Counted from the first letter of the stretch, positions 31,749 to 41,843 are shown. The stretch is DNA of 64,000 nucleotides from an uncultured Pseudobdellovibrionaceae bacterium (GCA_964611895.1 CAZTDN010000008.1:13328-77327), one strand, 5' to 3'. Program-made: numbers and translations. The notes: generated by a model not told the origin, from the sequence alone.

Positions 31749-32717
31749 TTGGAGGGCTCGGTGGGCAATAAACCGCTAAAAAACGTCTTGGATGAAACCA
31801 TCCTCTTTACGAACGAAAAGACGGAAAAGAGCGCAGTCGCCGATCTCAAACCCAAAGCCGAGCCTTATCTCGTGCAACTCTCCGGCAAGGAGACCGGCCA
31901 AAACTTTGCGCTCAAGGGCCGAGTGATACGGATCGGGCGGGACGCCAGTTGTGAGATCTGTTTGGACGACCCCCATGTTTCCCGATTTCATGCTGAAGTG
32001 ATCTTGGACGGAGGCGCTCCTGTGCTTCGCGACATGGGCAGCACGAACGGCATTTTTATCAATGGCAATCGGATCCAGGAACACCGCCTCAATGACGGCG
32101 ACAAAGTGCTAGTGGGAACACGCCTGTATTTTCGATTTACTTATCAGGACGCGCACGACCAGAGCTACCAACAGAATCTATTCAAAGCAGCCAACATGGA
32201 TGCGCTCACCCAGCTATACAATAAAAAGTACTTCTTGGACGCTCTCCCCAAGGAAATGAGTTTCAGTCGACGAACAAACGAAAACCTCAGCCTGATGATG
32301 TTGGATATCGATCATTTCAAGAAAATCAACGACACCTATGGGCACTTGGCCGGAGATCGCGTGTTGAAAGCGGCCGGCCAGCAAATCTCCAAAGCAGTTC
32401 GTCTGGAAAACATTTCCTGTCGCTACGGGGGTGAAGAGTTTGCCGTCATTCTGCGCAACTGTAGCCCGGAACTAGCGCATACCGTGGCTGAACGACTAAG
32501 AATGTCCATCGAGCAAGAAACGATTGTATTTCGAGATCACAAAATTCGTATCACTGTGAGCATTGGAATTGCCACCTACGTGAACGAAAATTTTGCGACT
32601 ATAGAAGACTTTATCCACGCGGCCGACGAACTACTCTATGAAGCAAAACGCGGTGGGCGGAATCGAACGGTGACTACCTTTCACCGCGCAAAACCCGTTG
32701 CTGATAATCAGGAATAG
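31749..32717 (+). CDS. FHA-domain-containing diguanylate cyclase (GGDEF)
   Basis: 322 aa. FHA core GRDASCEICLDDPHVSRFHAEV...STNGIFING; GGDEF active site RYGGEEFAVIL. Confidence 0.85.
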   Translation: MEGSVGNKPLKNVLDETILFTNEKTEKSAVADLKPKAEPYLVQLSGKETGQNFALKGRVIRIGRDASCEICLDDPHVSRFHAEVILDGGAPVLRDMGSTNGIFINGNRIQEHRLNDGDKVLVGTRLYFRFTYQDAHDQSYQQNLFKAANMDALTQLYNKKYFLDALPKEMSFSRRTNENLSLMMLDIDHFKKINDTYGHLAGDRVLKAAGQQISKAVRLENISCRYGGEEFAVILRNCSPELAHTVAERLRMSIEQETIVFRDHKIRITVSIGIATYVNENFATIEDFIHAADELLYEAKRGGRNRTVTTFHRAKPVADNQE

Positions 32718-33201
32718 GGTTTGGGTAAACAGACGGTGGCATCCCCTCGCCTTCAAACTCTTCTTTCAACGTAGCGCGAAGTAGATCTTCCTCGAGAACA
32801 AACCCGAGTGTGCCCTGATCGCAAACCTGCACTGGGATAATTCTGGTTACTTTGAGGCGTGCCCCTGTGTCCAAATCCACCAATCTCAAACGAGGCTCGA
32901 CGAGTTCATACAAACGTGCGATGGCACCAAAGTTCTTGAACTCTGTAACTGGGCCCACCCGTGCTAGACGTACTGGCCCTTTAAACGAATTATGCAGGGG
33001 ACTTTCTTTGAGAAGCTTTTCCCATCCCAGCTTAGGGTCTTGTTGAATCTCTTGAACGTTTGGGAGAAAGAGCGTTGGGTCCTTAAAAACCCGGAGTTCG
33101 CGCAGCGCCTGGAAGGTCTCGCACTGACCTCCGCTGCCCACCAAATTCACAGCAAAAGTGGAAGTAGCAGAAAGCAATAGAGCCATTCCTAATGGAATCA
33201 T
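32674..33201 (-). CDS. Hypothetical secreted protein (175 aa)
   Basis: Signal-peptide-like N-terminus MIPLGMALLLSATSTFA. Convergent 44-nt overlap with the FHA-GGDEF gene. No motif recognised. Confidence 0.4.
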   Translation of the reverse strand: MIPLGMALLLSATSTFAVNLVGSGGQCETFQALRELRVFKDPTLFLPNVQEIQQDPKLGWEKLLKESPLHNSFKGPVRLARVGPVTEFKNFGAIARLYELVEPRLRLVDLDTGARLKVTRIIPVQVCDQGTLGFVLEEDLLRATLKEEFEGEGMPPSVYPNPIPDYQQRVLRGER

Positions 33202-33203
33202 GG

Positions 33204-33566
33204 TCAGGTTACCTTGCGTGAAATGGACTTAATTTCATTCCTCTCATCAACATAAACCAGGGTCGGTCGAAAACTCAGCGCCTCTTCCTTGTCGAGCTGG
33301 CAATAGGCCGCGATGATGATCGTGTCCCCTTTGCGAGCCTTCCAAGCCGCAGCGCCGTTAATACAAATCGTCCCTACTGGGCCTTCCATGACGTAAGTCG
33401 CAAACCGCTCCCCGTTTGTGACATTGTAAATTTCTACCCGTTCAAACGGCTGAAACCCAGACGCGTCCAAGAGATTGCGCCCAATCGTGATACTGCCCTC
33501 ATACTCCAAATTGGCGTCAGTCACGCACGCACGGTGAATTTTTGCTTTGAGATACGTTAAAAGCAT
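33204..33566 (-). CDS. panD: Aspartate 1-decarboxylase (pyruvoyl-dependent)
   Basis: MLLTYLKAKIHRACVTDANLEYEGSITIG: canonical PanD N-terminus with the self-processing Gly24-Ser25 site. Confidence 0.9.
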   Translation of the reverse strand: MLLTYLKAKIHRACVTDANLEYEGSITIGRNLLDASGFQPFERVEIYNVTNGERFATYVMEGPVGTICINGAAAWKARKGDTIIIAAYCQLDKEEALSFRPTLVYVDERNEIKSISRKVT

Positions 33567-34599
33567 CGTTGTACAGCCCTGTCTCTCGAATCCGAGCTTC
33601 CAGAGCTTTTAAAACCTGGGGAATGACGTCATCCACTGGTTGCTGAAACATTCCACCCGCTGCTTTTTTATGCCCGCCGCCCTGAACCGTCAATGATCGA
33701 GCAAATTTCGCGACGTCGATGCCCCCGTGGGAGCGCAGCGAAATCTTGGTGCTGGCAGGACCTAGCTCAAAGAAGATGAGAGCAACATCAATCCCCACCG
33801 TGAGAAAAAGATGATCGATAATGCCTTCTTTGTCGTCCGACTCTGCACCATATTTTCGCATCGTTTCTTGGGTGACCTTGGACCAAATGATGCGCCCTCC
33901 CATTTCTAACTTGGCCAATGACAGAATTTCCGAAAGCAGCTGAAGGCTGGAGTAGCTGCGTTCCAGAAGGCCGCGTTCTCCCACGCGGGTAAAATCAAAA
34001 CCAGTTCTAAGCAGCATCGCGGCGAGTTCCATGGACTCAGGCGTTGTATTGGAATGGCGAAAAAAACCCGTATCAAAAATCAACCCCAAGTAAATATGCT
34101 GGCAAAAGTCGGCGTCCAGAGGGGTTTCAAAATAAGGTGACTGGGAAAGGTAATACAAAAGCTCCGTATTGCTCGACGCGCAAGGATCCACCATTTTAAT
34201 GGTGTAGGGGTAGTCCACACTCACGACATGGTGGTCGATAAATACCTGCACTTTGGCATTTTCAAAATACGGTCGGACGCGACCCGCCCGATCAATGCCT
34301 CCATCGACGATAAAGGCCACGTCGAAATTTCCCAGCTGACCGGAGGGATCATAGCTGTCCAACGTATGGACCGAATCCACGTCGGGAAGAAAGTGGTAGC
34401 GCGAAGGCAACGGCTCGTCATTAACGATAGCGACTTCGGCGAGGGGGTACCGGTGATGCAACATCTTGCGCAGCGCGAGTTGGGAACCGATAGAATCTCC
34501 GTCGGCATTGCCCGGCGCAGTCACCAAAATGCGCTTTGCTTTCTCCAGAGCTGGCGTGAGCTGCTGAAGCTGCGGGACAAATTTATCCGTGTTCAACAT
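33517..34599 (-). CDS. DHH-family phosphoesterase (NrnA-like oligoribonuclease / pAp phosphatase)
   Basis: 360 aa. DHH motif FIDHHV; DHHA1-like C-terminus with GGGHKKAAG. 3' end overlaps the panD start by 50 nt. Confidence 0.75.
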   Translation of the reverse strand: MLNTDKFVPQLQQLTPALEKAKRILVTAPGNADGDSIGSQLALRKMLHHRYPLAEVAIVNDEPLPSRYHFLPDVDSVHTLDSYDPSGQLGNFDVAFIVDGGIDRAGRVRPYFENAKVQVFIDHHVVSVDYPYTIKMVDPCASSNTELLYYLSQSPYFETPLDADFCQHIYLGLIFDTGFFRHSNTTPESMELAAMLLRTGFDFTRVGERGLLERSYSSLQLLSEILSLAKLEMGGRIIWSKVTQETMRKYGAESDDKEGIIDHLFLTVGIDVALIFFELGPASTKISLRSHGGIDVAKFARSLTVQGGGHKKAAGGMFQQPVDDVIPQVLKALEARIRETGLYNDAFNVSQSKNSPCVRD

Positions 34600-34690
34600 C
34601 CGGCTTCCTTGACTAACAGAAAATCCAATACCATGAAACCTGATAAAGACGAAAGAAATCGAACCAAGCCCATCGATAAAGCAAATTATA

Positions 34691-35719
34691 TCAAGGATTT
34701 AGAATAATCTTGCCGAACTGCTTGCGGCCATCCATCCGGTCAAATGCTTCCCCGGCTTGCGATAACGGAAAGGCTTTGTCCACGACAGAGCGCAGTTTGC
34801 CCTGAGCGAAGAGTTCTAAAATCTGGGGAAAGTCCCGCTTGTCTCCCATTGTGGAACCCAGGATCTGGATCTGGCGAAAAAAGACATGTGCAAGGTTGGT
34901 GGTTGCCTCAGCGCCGGTGGTGGCTCCACAAACCGGGATGCGCCCACCATTGCGGATGAGCTTGATATTGGATTCCCAAAACTTTGCGCCCAAGTGATCG
35001 AAGATCACATCGCAGCCTTTTGGAGCCAAGCGGCGGACCACACTCACCCAATCGGCATCAGAGTAACAGACCCCATGATCCGCACCCAAACGCCGGGCCA
35101 AGTCCAACTTATCCTGGCTCCCGGCGGTAGCGATCACCTGCGCGCCAAGATGCTTTGCAATCTGAATCGCTGCCGATCCCACACCGCTGCCGGCGGCATG
35201 TACCAGAACAATCTCTCCGCGCTGAACCTGGGCCCGTTTGACCAGCATCTGCCACGCTGTTGTGGACACCAACGGCATTGCAGCAGCGTCATCAAAACTC
35301 AGCTGAACGGGTTTGGAAAAAACATTGCCCTGGGGAATGCAAACCAGCTCGGCATGGGTACCCGACACTTGCTCGCCTAAGATCCGGTAATCGGGACAAA
35401 GACTCTCCCAACCGCTCTCACAACGATCGCAAATTCCGCAAGCAAGGCCGGGGTGCACGATGACCTCATCGCCTTTTTTCCAGCGAGTGACGCCTGACCC
35501 CACTTGATCCACCACACCGGAGGCGTCCCCCCCCAATACGTGAGGAAAGGTGAGCTTTAAACCAGGCAAGCCACCCGTCACCCAAATATCCAGGTGGTTC
35601 AACGCCGCTGAGCGGACGCGGACACGAACTTCGCCGGGACCGGGAGTGGGATCGGGCAATTCGCCCACTTGAAGGACCTCTCTGTGGGAACCATGTCGGG
35701 AAATGTAAGCAGCCTTCAT
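34691..35719 (-). CDS. Zinc-binding alcohol dehydrogenase / quinone oxidoreductase (MDR superfamily)
   Basis: 342 aa. Structural-zinc Cys cluster CGICDRCESGWESLC; Rossmann GAGSGVGSAAIQIAK. Confidence 0.85.
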   Translation of the reverse strand: MKAAYISRHGSHREVLQVGELPDPTPGPGEVRVRVRSAALNHLDIWVTGGLPGLKLTFPHVLGGDASGVVDQVGSGVTRWKKGDEVIVHPGLACGICDRCESGWESLCPDYRILGEQVSGTHAELVCIPQGNVFSKPVQLSFDDAAAMPLVSTTAWQMLVKRAQVQRGEIVLVHAAGSGVGSAAIQIAKHLGAQVIATAGSQDKLDLARRLGADHGVCYSDADWVSVVRRLAPKGCDVIFDHLGAKFWESNIKLIRNGGRIPVCGATTGAEATTNLAHVFFRQIQILGSTMGDKRDFPQILELFAQGKLRSVVDKAFPLSQAGEAFDRMDGRKQFGKIILNP

Positions 35720-36900
35720 CGAGATTTTCCCCAGCCGGCTTGTTCACTCAAATAAACCAATGCACGCGGACCGCGTCGCAGAGTGAGAAATCGCAGGATG
35801 TAATAGATGACTGAAACCGCAAACCAAACCGTGTAGACAATCAGCACTTCCTTGCGCAAAGGAGCATGGATAAACTGTGCCAGCCAAAGCACAAAAATCG
35901 CTGTTGCCTCCATTAGTGTAAACCGTAAATCCAACAAGAACAGACCTGCCAACGCCGACTGCGCGATCGTCAACGCCAATTCCATTTCGTGGAGTTCGTC
36001 GAAATGTACGGCCTCCCAGCGGCCCAGAGAAAGATTGAAAACGATAGGAATCATTGCGGCCAACATCGTCCATTGATTGATATTGCTGTTAACCATGTTC
36101 ATCACAGCCATGGGGGCTTTGCCTTTTTGCCGTGCCCAGTTGAAAGCGGAAACTTTTTCAGGAAACTCCGATAGAAACGGCGCCACCCACTGCACAAACA
36201 CAAAAGTACTAATTCCCCACGCCAGTGCCCACCGTTGGAGAGTTTCCACAAACGGGTGCGCGCTGAAGTAGAGGGCAACTCCTCCTCCCACAAAGAGCAC
36301 GGTCACCGCCGCCACTCTAAGATTGGGGCCTAGCCGCAGAATCTTTTTGCCAATCCAGGGAAGATCGTCTGGGTCCTCGACCTCATGAACCGGTTGGCGC
36401 GCGATGATGACGAGATAAACAATGTAAATCACACTCAAGACGATCGAGTCGTAACAGTCCAAACTGCTTTTCCAAAGAATGACGACAAAATAGAGTACCG
36501 AAATAAAAAGAAACAAGACACCCCAGGAATCGCTGTCTTCAAGGTCGATCTGGCGAACCCATTTGCGTTTACGCAAGCCTTCCGAAATAAAAAACACAAA
36601 CATGATCATGGGCCAGCCCAACCCCACCAGGAGGCGCAACGACCCCGTCAGGTTGGCGATCATCAGATCTCTTTGTTGATTCCAGGCGATGGTCGCTTCG
36701 ACTGCAAACTCCGGAAGCGTTTGCAACCAAGCCAAAAGGGTCAAAGCTAGGGCTTTGGGCATAAATGTCTGCGCCGTTTCCGCAGCCCAGCCGATGATAA
36801 ATGCCGAAAGGAGAATGACCACCAAACTCCAGGAGTCTAAAACGTATTCCACCTTGAATCCCTCTTCAAAACCGCACTCAAAGGTGCCCAAAATGGGCAC
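35716..36900 (-). CDS. Polytopic membrane protein, sodium/calcium-exchanger (CaCA) family-like
   Basis: 394 aa, about 10 TM helices. Two alpha-repeat-like segments (LQTLPEFAVEATIAW; WVAPFLSEFPEKVSAFNWA). Confidence 0.5.
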   Translation of the reverse strand: MPILGTFECGFEEGFKVEYVLDSWSLVVILLSAFIIGWAAETAQTFMPKALALTLLAWLQTLPEFAVEATIAWNQQRDLMIANLTGSLRLLVGLGWPMIMFVFFISEGLRKRKWVRQIDLEDSDSWGVLFLFISVLYFVVILWKSSLDCYDSIVLSVIYIVYLVIIARQPVHEVEDPDDLPWIGKKILRLGPNLRVAAVTVLFVGGGVALYFSAHPFVETLQRWALAWGISTFVFVQWVAPFLSEFPEKVSAFNWARQKGKAPMAVMNMVNSNINQWTMLAAMIPIVFNLSLGRWEAVHFDELHEMELALTIAQSALAGLFLLDLRFTLMEATAIFVLWLAQFIHAPLRKEVLIVYTVWFAVSVIYYILRFLTLRRGPRALVYLSEQAGWGKSR

Positions 36901-37081
36901 CTGGCTACCCGAAAAATGGCTGTAGGTTACCGCCTATCCCGTGAATTGAATAGGTTTTTTGCCTGTATGCCGACTGAAGTCAGCGGCACTCATCTTGCAC
37001 AATGCCCAGACCTGGTGGGCGCCGTGTTCCGCCCGTGTGCGCGGCAATGGACCCAGTAGACCGTTTTAGGAGAGAGTAGCA

Positions 37082-39085
37082 ATGAAGCGTGCCTGGCTTG
37101 CTTCTGACGAAGCCGACAGCTCCCCATCGATGGACCGAGTAGCCCGGGAGATCCAGGGCTCTTTGTTCGGCCTCATTGCGATTTTTCTATTGGTTGCTCT
37201 AACCAGCTATATTCAACTCGATTCCATTAGTATTTTCCAAGGACGCCTGGACCAGATCCATAACTTTGCCGGCATCGTAGGCGCTTTACTGGCCGAAGGG
37301 ATCCTCGGCTCTGTCGGGGCTCCGGGGTATGCTTCCATTCTTTTGGTAGCCCTGTTTTCACTGGGGACTTTCTTGGAAATCCGCATTCGAGACCACTTTT
37401 TTAAGATCGCCGGGGTGCTCCTGGGTGTCGTACTCACAGCCATCACCATCAATCTCATGTTCGTGGCAAGCTTTCCCGAAGCCAGTCTTTGGCAGGGCGG
37501 CCTGGTGGGCCGTTTCGTGGGCCACTTCCTGCGGCAGTATTTCAATACAGGAGGCGCGATTTTATTGGTAACGGGTGGGTACACGCTCACGTTCTTGCTC
37601 ACCACGGGCATTTCCCTGGGAGCAATTGCGCGTACAGTTTTTGACAACCGCACGGCGAGTGAAGAGGAAGAAGAATTCGAAGACGAGCAAGAAGAATCCA
37701 CATCGGAGCAGTCCTCGGTAGCGGCAGACGCAGGCCAGCCCACGGCAAGTCCAGTGGTAGTGAAAATGCGCAAAAAACCCGTAAAGAAAACCGCCACGGT
37801 CAGCGACGATTCCGAAACAGAGAGCGAAGAAGAGTCAACGCAAGTAGCAGCCACGCCAGGCGTATATGAATACCGCGAGATGATCCCCTTCACAGCGTCG
37901 TATCAGGTGCCTTCTCTGCGACTGCTCAAGAATGCCGAAAACAAAGTAAAACGCCTCAGCAAAGCGGAGTTGCGCGCTAACGGCGAAATGATTGTGCAGC
38001 ACTTGGAGTCATTCCAGATTACCGGAGAGATCACTGCCATTACCGAAGGGCCGGTAGTCACGACTTACGAATACAAGCCCGCGGCAGGGGTGAAACTTTC
38101 CAAAATTGCTAACCTGCAAGACGATCTCGGAGTGGTCTTAGGAACGAATCAGCTGCGTGTGATTGCGCCAATTCCCGGCAAGACCGTAGTGGGTATCGAA
38201 GTGCCTCGCCCGCAGAGCGAAACGATTTCACTCAAAGAAGTGCTGAGTCAAAAGGGCTTTGAAGACAAAAAACTCTTGCTCCCCATTGCACTGGGAAAAA
38301 GCACCGATGGACGACCGCTATTTGGCGACCTCGCTGCCATGCCGCATCTACTGGTCGCTGGAGCGACGGGTAGCGGTAAATCCGTGTTCATGAACAGTCT
38401 GATCATGAGTCTTTTGTTCCGGCTCTCTCCCCAGGAACTGCGCTTGATTTTGATTGACCCCAAAATGCTGGAGTTCGCGGCCTTTGCGGGATTGCCTCAC
38501 CTCGTTACTGATGTCATCACGGACAATAAAATCGCCATCAACGCCATGAACTGGGCCGTGACCGAAATGGACCGCCGTTATGCACTGATGGCAAAGACCG
38601 GCTCTAAGAATATTGATTCCTACAACTCCAAGATGAAGAGCCCCAAGGACCGCATTCCGCTTTTGGTGGTCGTGGTAGACGAGCTTGCAGATTTGATGAT
38701 GTCCGGGGGCGAAGAAGTCGAAGTCGCCATCACTCGGTTGGCCCAAAAAGCGCGCGCTTCGGGAATTCACCTGGTCATTGCTACCCAGCGCCCTTCTGCT
38801 GAAGTCGTCACAGGCTTGATCAAAGCCAACATCCCCTCTCGAATCAGTTTCAAAGTGCCTTCAGGAATTGATTCAAGAACGATTTTGGACACTTCAGGTG
38901 CCGAGGAACTTATTGGTAAAGGGGATTCCTTGATGGTTCAGCCGGGCATCCCTCTGCGCCGCATTCACGGTACTTTTGTCACTGAAGAAGAACTCGCTCG
39001 CACCGTAAAATTTGCTAAGGATGGGAAAAACCATAGCAAATTCTACATTAGCTTTGCCGGCTCCAAACCCGGTTCTGAAAAGTAA
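37082..39085 (+). CDS. ftsK: DNA translocase FtsK/SpoIIIE
   Basis: 667 aa. N-terminal 4 TM helices, acidic low-complexity linker (EEEEEFEDEQEE), motor domain with Walker A GATGSGKS. No recognisable C-terminal gamma (KOPS-binding) domain. Confidence 0.9.
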   Translation: MKRAWLASDEADSSPSMDRVAREIQGSLFGLIAIFLLVALTSYIQLDSISIFQGRLDQIHNFAGIVGALLAEGILGSVGAPGYASILLVALFSLGTFLEIRIRDHFFKIAGVLLGVVLTAITINLMFVASFPEASLWQGGLVGRFVGHFLRQYFNTGGAILLVTGGYTLTFLLTTGISLGAIARTVFDNRTASEEEEEFEDEQEESTSEQSSVAADAGQPTASPVVVKMRKKPVKKTATVSDDSETESEEESTQVAATPGVYEYREMIPFTASYQVPSLRLLKNAENKVKRLSKAELRANGEMIVQHLESFQITGEITAITEGPVVTTYEYKPAAGVKLSKIANLQDDLGVVLGTNQLRVIAPIPGKTVVGIEVPRPQSETISLKEVLSQKGFEDKKLLLPIALGKSTDGRPLFGDLAAMPHLLVAGATGSGKSVFMNSLIMSLLFRLSPQELRLILIDPKMLEFAAFAGLPHLVTDVITDNKIAINAMNWAVTEMDRRYALMAKTGSKNIDSYNSKMKSPKDRIPLLVVVVDELADLMMSGGEEVEVAITRLAQKARASGIHLVIATQRPSAEVVTGLIKANIPSRISFKVPSGIDSRTILDTSGAEELIGKGDSLMVQPGIPLRRIHGTFVTEEELARTVKFAKDGKNHSKFYISFAGSKPGSEK

Positions 39086-39147
39086 GCCCCCAAACCCAGT
39101 CTAGCTTCTGGTATAAGGTCGCCTTTGGTTGAGCCAAGGGGACTGTT

Positions 39148-40830
39148 TTGAAGCTTATTTGGATTTTCTACCTGCTGCTGGGAGCTAGTCTACCGCTTCA
39201 TGCGGAAGAGGGCTTTGAAAGAGGCCGCAGTCTCGTCCAGCAAAGTTTTGATGCCCGAAACCTTAAATCAATCCAAGAACTGCTCGCCGCAAATTCTCGC
39301 GTTCTGGAATGGGAGCACGGCCTAGAAGTATCCCGGCTCTCCTCTGAAGAGCACCTGCGAATCAAATACCTGATTTCGCACTGGAGGCACTACTCAGCAA
39401 ATCTGTTGGTTTTGCAGGCTATGCAGCAACCTTTTTACCTAAGAGATATTTTGCAGGGTTTGAAAGATCTGCGCGCGCCACTATCTGACTCTAGTTTAGA
39501 ACTCCTTAATCGCGTGACATCGAATAGCTCCACAACCGGTCGAACACGAGTTGCTTTTTTGGAACTGGCCGCTGCGTTTGGAAACCGCCGCTCCCTGCAA
39601 AAATTGCTCGAGAATAAGCGGGGACTATCACGCCTTGCGGGCCCGGTCCCTTTGAGTAACCTTGCGCCGATGGTTGCCGGGCCATGGAAGAACCAAGGTT
39701 GGCTGAACGATGGGGAGTTTCGGAAACTAGACTTTGAATTACGACATTACCTAGGCGACGCGTCTCACGTTGTGCTTCGTGGTACGCAAATTCGCCCGGG
39801 CGACATCTTGCTCATAGACCACCACCAATCCTACGATGGTCTGAACACGAGCTTTAGCTCTCCTCGAAGCAGTTTTACTCACTGCGGAGTGGTGGTTTTT
39901 CTGGAATACGATAGTCCTCGTGGGGAAATCCAAACCTATCCCGCTGTATTAGAAATCCACGAGGCTGGCGTACGCGTAGTCCCGCTTGCAAACTACATCA
40001 GCGCCTCTTTTTCGGATTATTTGGAGGTCTATCGCTTGCGCGACGAGAGCCGCAAGGGAGAAGCGTTCAGCCGTCGCCTGAACGTTCTCGCCCGCACCTT
40101 ACTCGATGTTCAACTGGGGTACGACTTTAACGCCCGTCCGATTCCGCAAGGGGGACTTTACCCCATGTTGAACGACGGCCATTTTGGCGTCACTTGTTCC
40201 AGCTTGGCGGATTTGATTTACAAGTCGCTTGGAATTGACTTGAAACTTAGCCCCAGCCAGCTCCCCCTTGGAGCCAGGATGAATATCGCTTTGATGGGCC
40301 TAAGCGAATTAGCAGAGCGCGGAAACTATATTGCGCCTTCGGATTTTAAACAGAGCCCCGCATTAGAGCGAGTCGGTGTGATTGACAATGCCTTCGGCTC
40401 CAATGTGCAGCGCGAAGTTTTGATCGGGAGTCCAGAGCTCCTGGGATCGGTGGGACAATTGCTGACTCAACACATTCTCGACGCAAAGCGATTGAGAAAC
40501 CTGAGCTGGCGCTATCGCCTCGTAGAATTCCTCGCAAAACGAGTGGAGAAGAAATCTTGGCTGGGAAGAACGTTTCTTGCTTTTACCGAAAAGAAAAAAG
40601 GATTGAATGTGGATACTTTTCCCATGGCTCCCTCCGGAACTTTGGCCGCAGTTTCGGCATTGAACCAGCTAATTGAAGAAGCATCGAACAGTTTTAAATG
40701 TAGTTCCCTACTAGAAGCGGCTGCGGATGCGCAGCCATTTGATCTTTTGGAGATCGAAAACTCTCTACAAGTAAGGTCTTCGGTGATTGAGAGCCTACAA
40801 AAATCTGGATTTTCGAGAGCGTTTCGTTAG
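39148..40830 (+). CDS. Secreted protein with permuted papain-like (YiiX/C92-type) amidase-like motifs
   Basis: Signal peptide MKLIWIFYLLLGASLPLHA. PGDILLIDHH...SFTHCGVVVF (His-containing strand) followed by CSSLADLIY (Cys), as in the permuted NlpC/P60 YiiX family. Confidence 0.45.
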   Translation: MKLIWIFYLLLGASLPLHAEEGFERGRSLVQQSFDARNLKSIQELLAANSRVLEWEHGLEVSRLSSEEHLRIKYLISHWRHYSANLLVLQAMQQPFYLRDILQGLKDLRAPLSDSSLELLNRVTSNSSTTGRTRVAFLELAAAFGNRRSLQKLLENKRGLSRLAGPVPLSNLAPMVAGPWKNQGWLNDGEFRKLDFELRHYLGDASHVVLRGTQIRPGDILLIDHHQSYDGLNTSFSSPRSSFTHCGVVVFLEYDSPRGEIQTYPAVLEIHEAGVRVVPLANYISASFSDYLEVYRLRDESRKGEAFSRRLNVLARTLLDVQLGYDFNARPIPQGGLYPMLNDGHFGVTCSSLADLIYKSLGIDLKLSPSQLPLGARMNIALMGLSELAERGNYIAPSDFKQSPALERVGVIDNAFGSNVQREVLIGSPELLGSVGQLLTQHILDAKRLRNLSWRYRLVEFLAKRVEKKSWLGRTFLAFTEKKKGLNVDTFPMAPSGTLAAVSALNQLIEEASNSFKCSSLLEAAADAQPFDLLEIENSLQVRSSVIESLQKSGFSRAFR

Positions 40831-41843
40831 TAGCGCAATATCGCAGACGCCCATGTGTAGCCGCTTCCGAAGGCAGCCATTCCCACTCGCATTCCTTTTT
40901 TAAGCGCTCCTGCCTTGATGGCTTCATGCATACCCAATGGAATAGTTGCAGCAGTCGTATTGCCGAATTTTTGGATGGTATTGAAAACTTTTTCCCGCGG
41001 AATTTTGAGCTGCTCGGCTACGGCCTCATTAATGCGCAGGTTCGCTTGGTGAAACAGAAAAAGATCGATGTCGTTGATAGAGAGATTGTTGGCCTTTAGC
41101 CCTTCTTGCAGAACCTCGCCCATACGAACAACCGCTTCCATGAATACTTTTCGGCCGTCCATTTTGGGATAGTGCAAGCCTTCGTCGATCATGGCGTGGG
41201 TCAGACGATCTTCTTTGTCATTCGCCGGACCAGGAGCAGCAATCCAGAGGTTGCGCGCTCCACGCCCATCGGAATGCAGGTGAGTGGAATAGATAAACGG
41301 GTCTTTGGCTGGATCTTTGATCTCTTTTGCGCTCACCACGACCGCACCGGCTCCATCTCCAAATAGAACAGTGACGTCCCGACCACGGGTGGTTTTGTCC
41401 AGTCCGCGTGAGTGAATTTCAGATCCTACAACTAAGATGTGTTTAGTAAATCCAGAGCGGATGTATTGGTCTGCTACCGAAAGAGCGTATACAAACCCGG
41501 AGCATTGTTGGCGGATATCCAACGCGGGCACAAATGGCAGCCCCATTTTCTCTTGGAGGAAAACCCCGTTTCCCGGAAAGAAGTAATCCGGGTTCAAAGT
41601 AGCAAAAATAATCATGCCTAGATCTTCTTTGGCTATCCCCGCGTCTTTGAGCGCAAGCTGAGTGGCTTCCCAGGCAAGGTCGTAGTTGTTTTGCTCCGGA
41701 AGTGCCCACCGCCGCTCCCGAATTCCGGAGCGCTGTGTAATCCACTCATCCGAAGTTTCCATAAACTTTGAAAGATCGTTGTTAGTAACCACTCGGGGAG
41801 GCACATAGCTCCCCACTCCAGTAATGACAGCCCGTCGTTCCAT
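40827..41843 (-). CDS. fabH: 3-oxoacyl-ACP synthase III
   Basis: 338 aa. Catalytic triad contexts QQCSGF (Cys), HQAN (His), GNTTAA (Asn). Confidence 0.9.
   Translation of the reverse strand: MERRAVITGVGSYVPPRVVTNNDLSKFMETSDEWITQRSGIRERRWALPEQNNYDLAWEATQLALKDAGIAKEDLGMIIFATLNPDYFFPGNGVFLQEKMGLPFVPALDIRQQCSGFVYALSVADQYIRSGFTKHILVVGSEIHSRGLDKTTRGRDVTVLFGDGAGAVVVSAKEIKDPAKDPFIYSTHLHSDGRGARNLWIAAPGPANDKEDRLTHAMIDEGLHYPKMDGRKVFMEAVVRMGEVLQEGLKANNLSINDIDLFLFHQANLRINEAVAEQLKIPREKVFNTIQKFGNTTAATIPLGMHEAIKAGALKKGMRVGMAAFGSGYTWASAILRY

Noticed and set aside
37213-37893. 226-aa Ser-rich minus-strand ORF
   Set aside because: Antisense to the ftsK linker. The Ser-richness is just the complement of the GAA/GAG acidic repeat.
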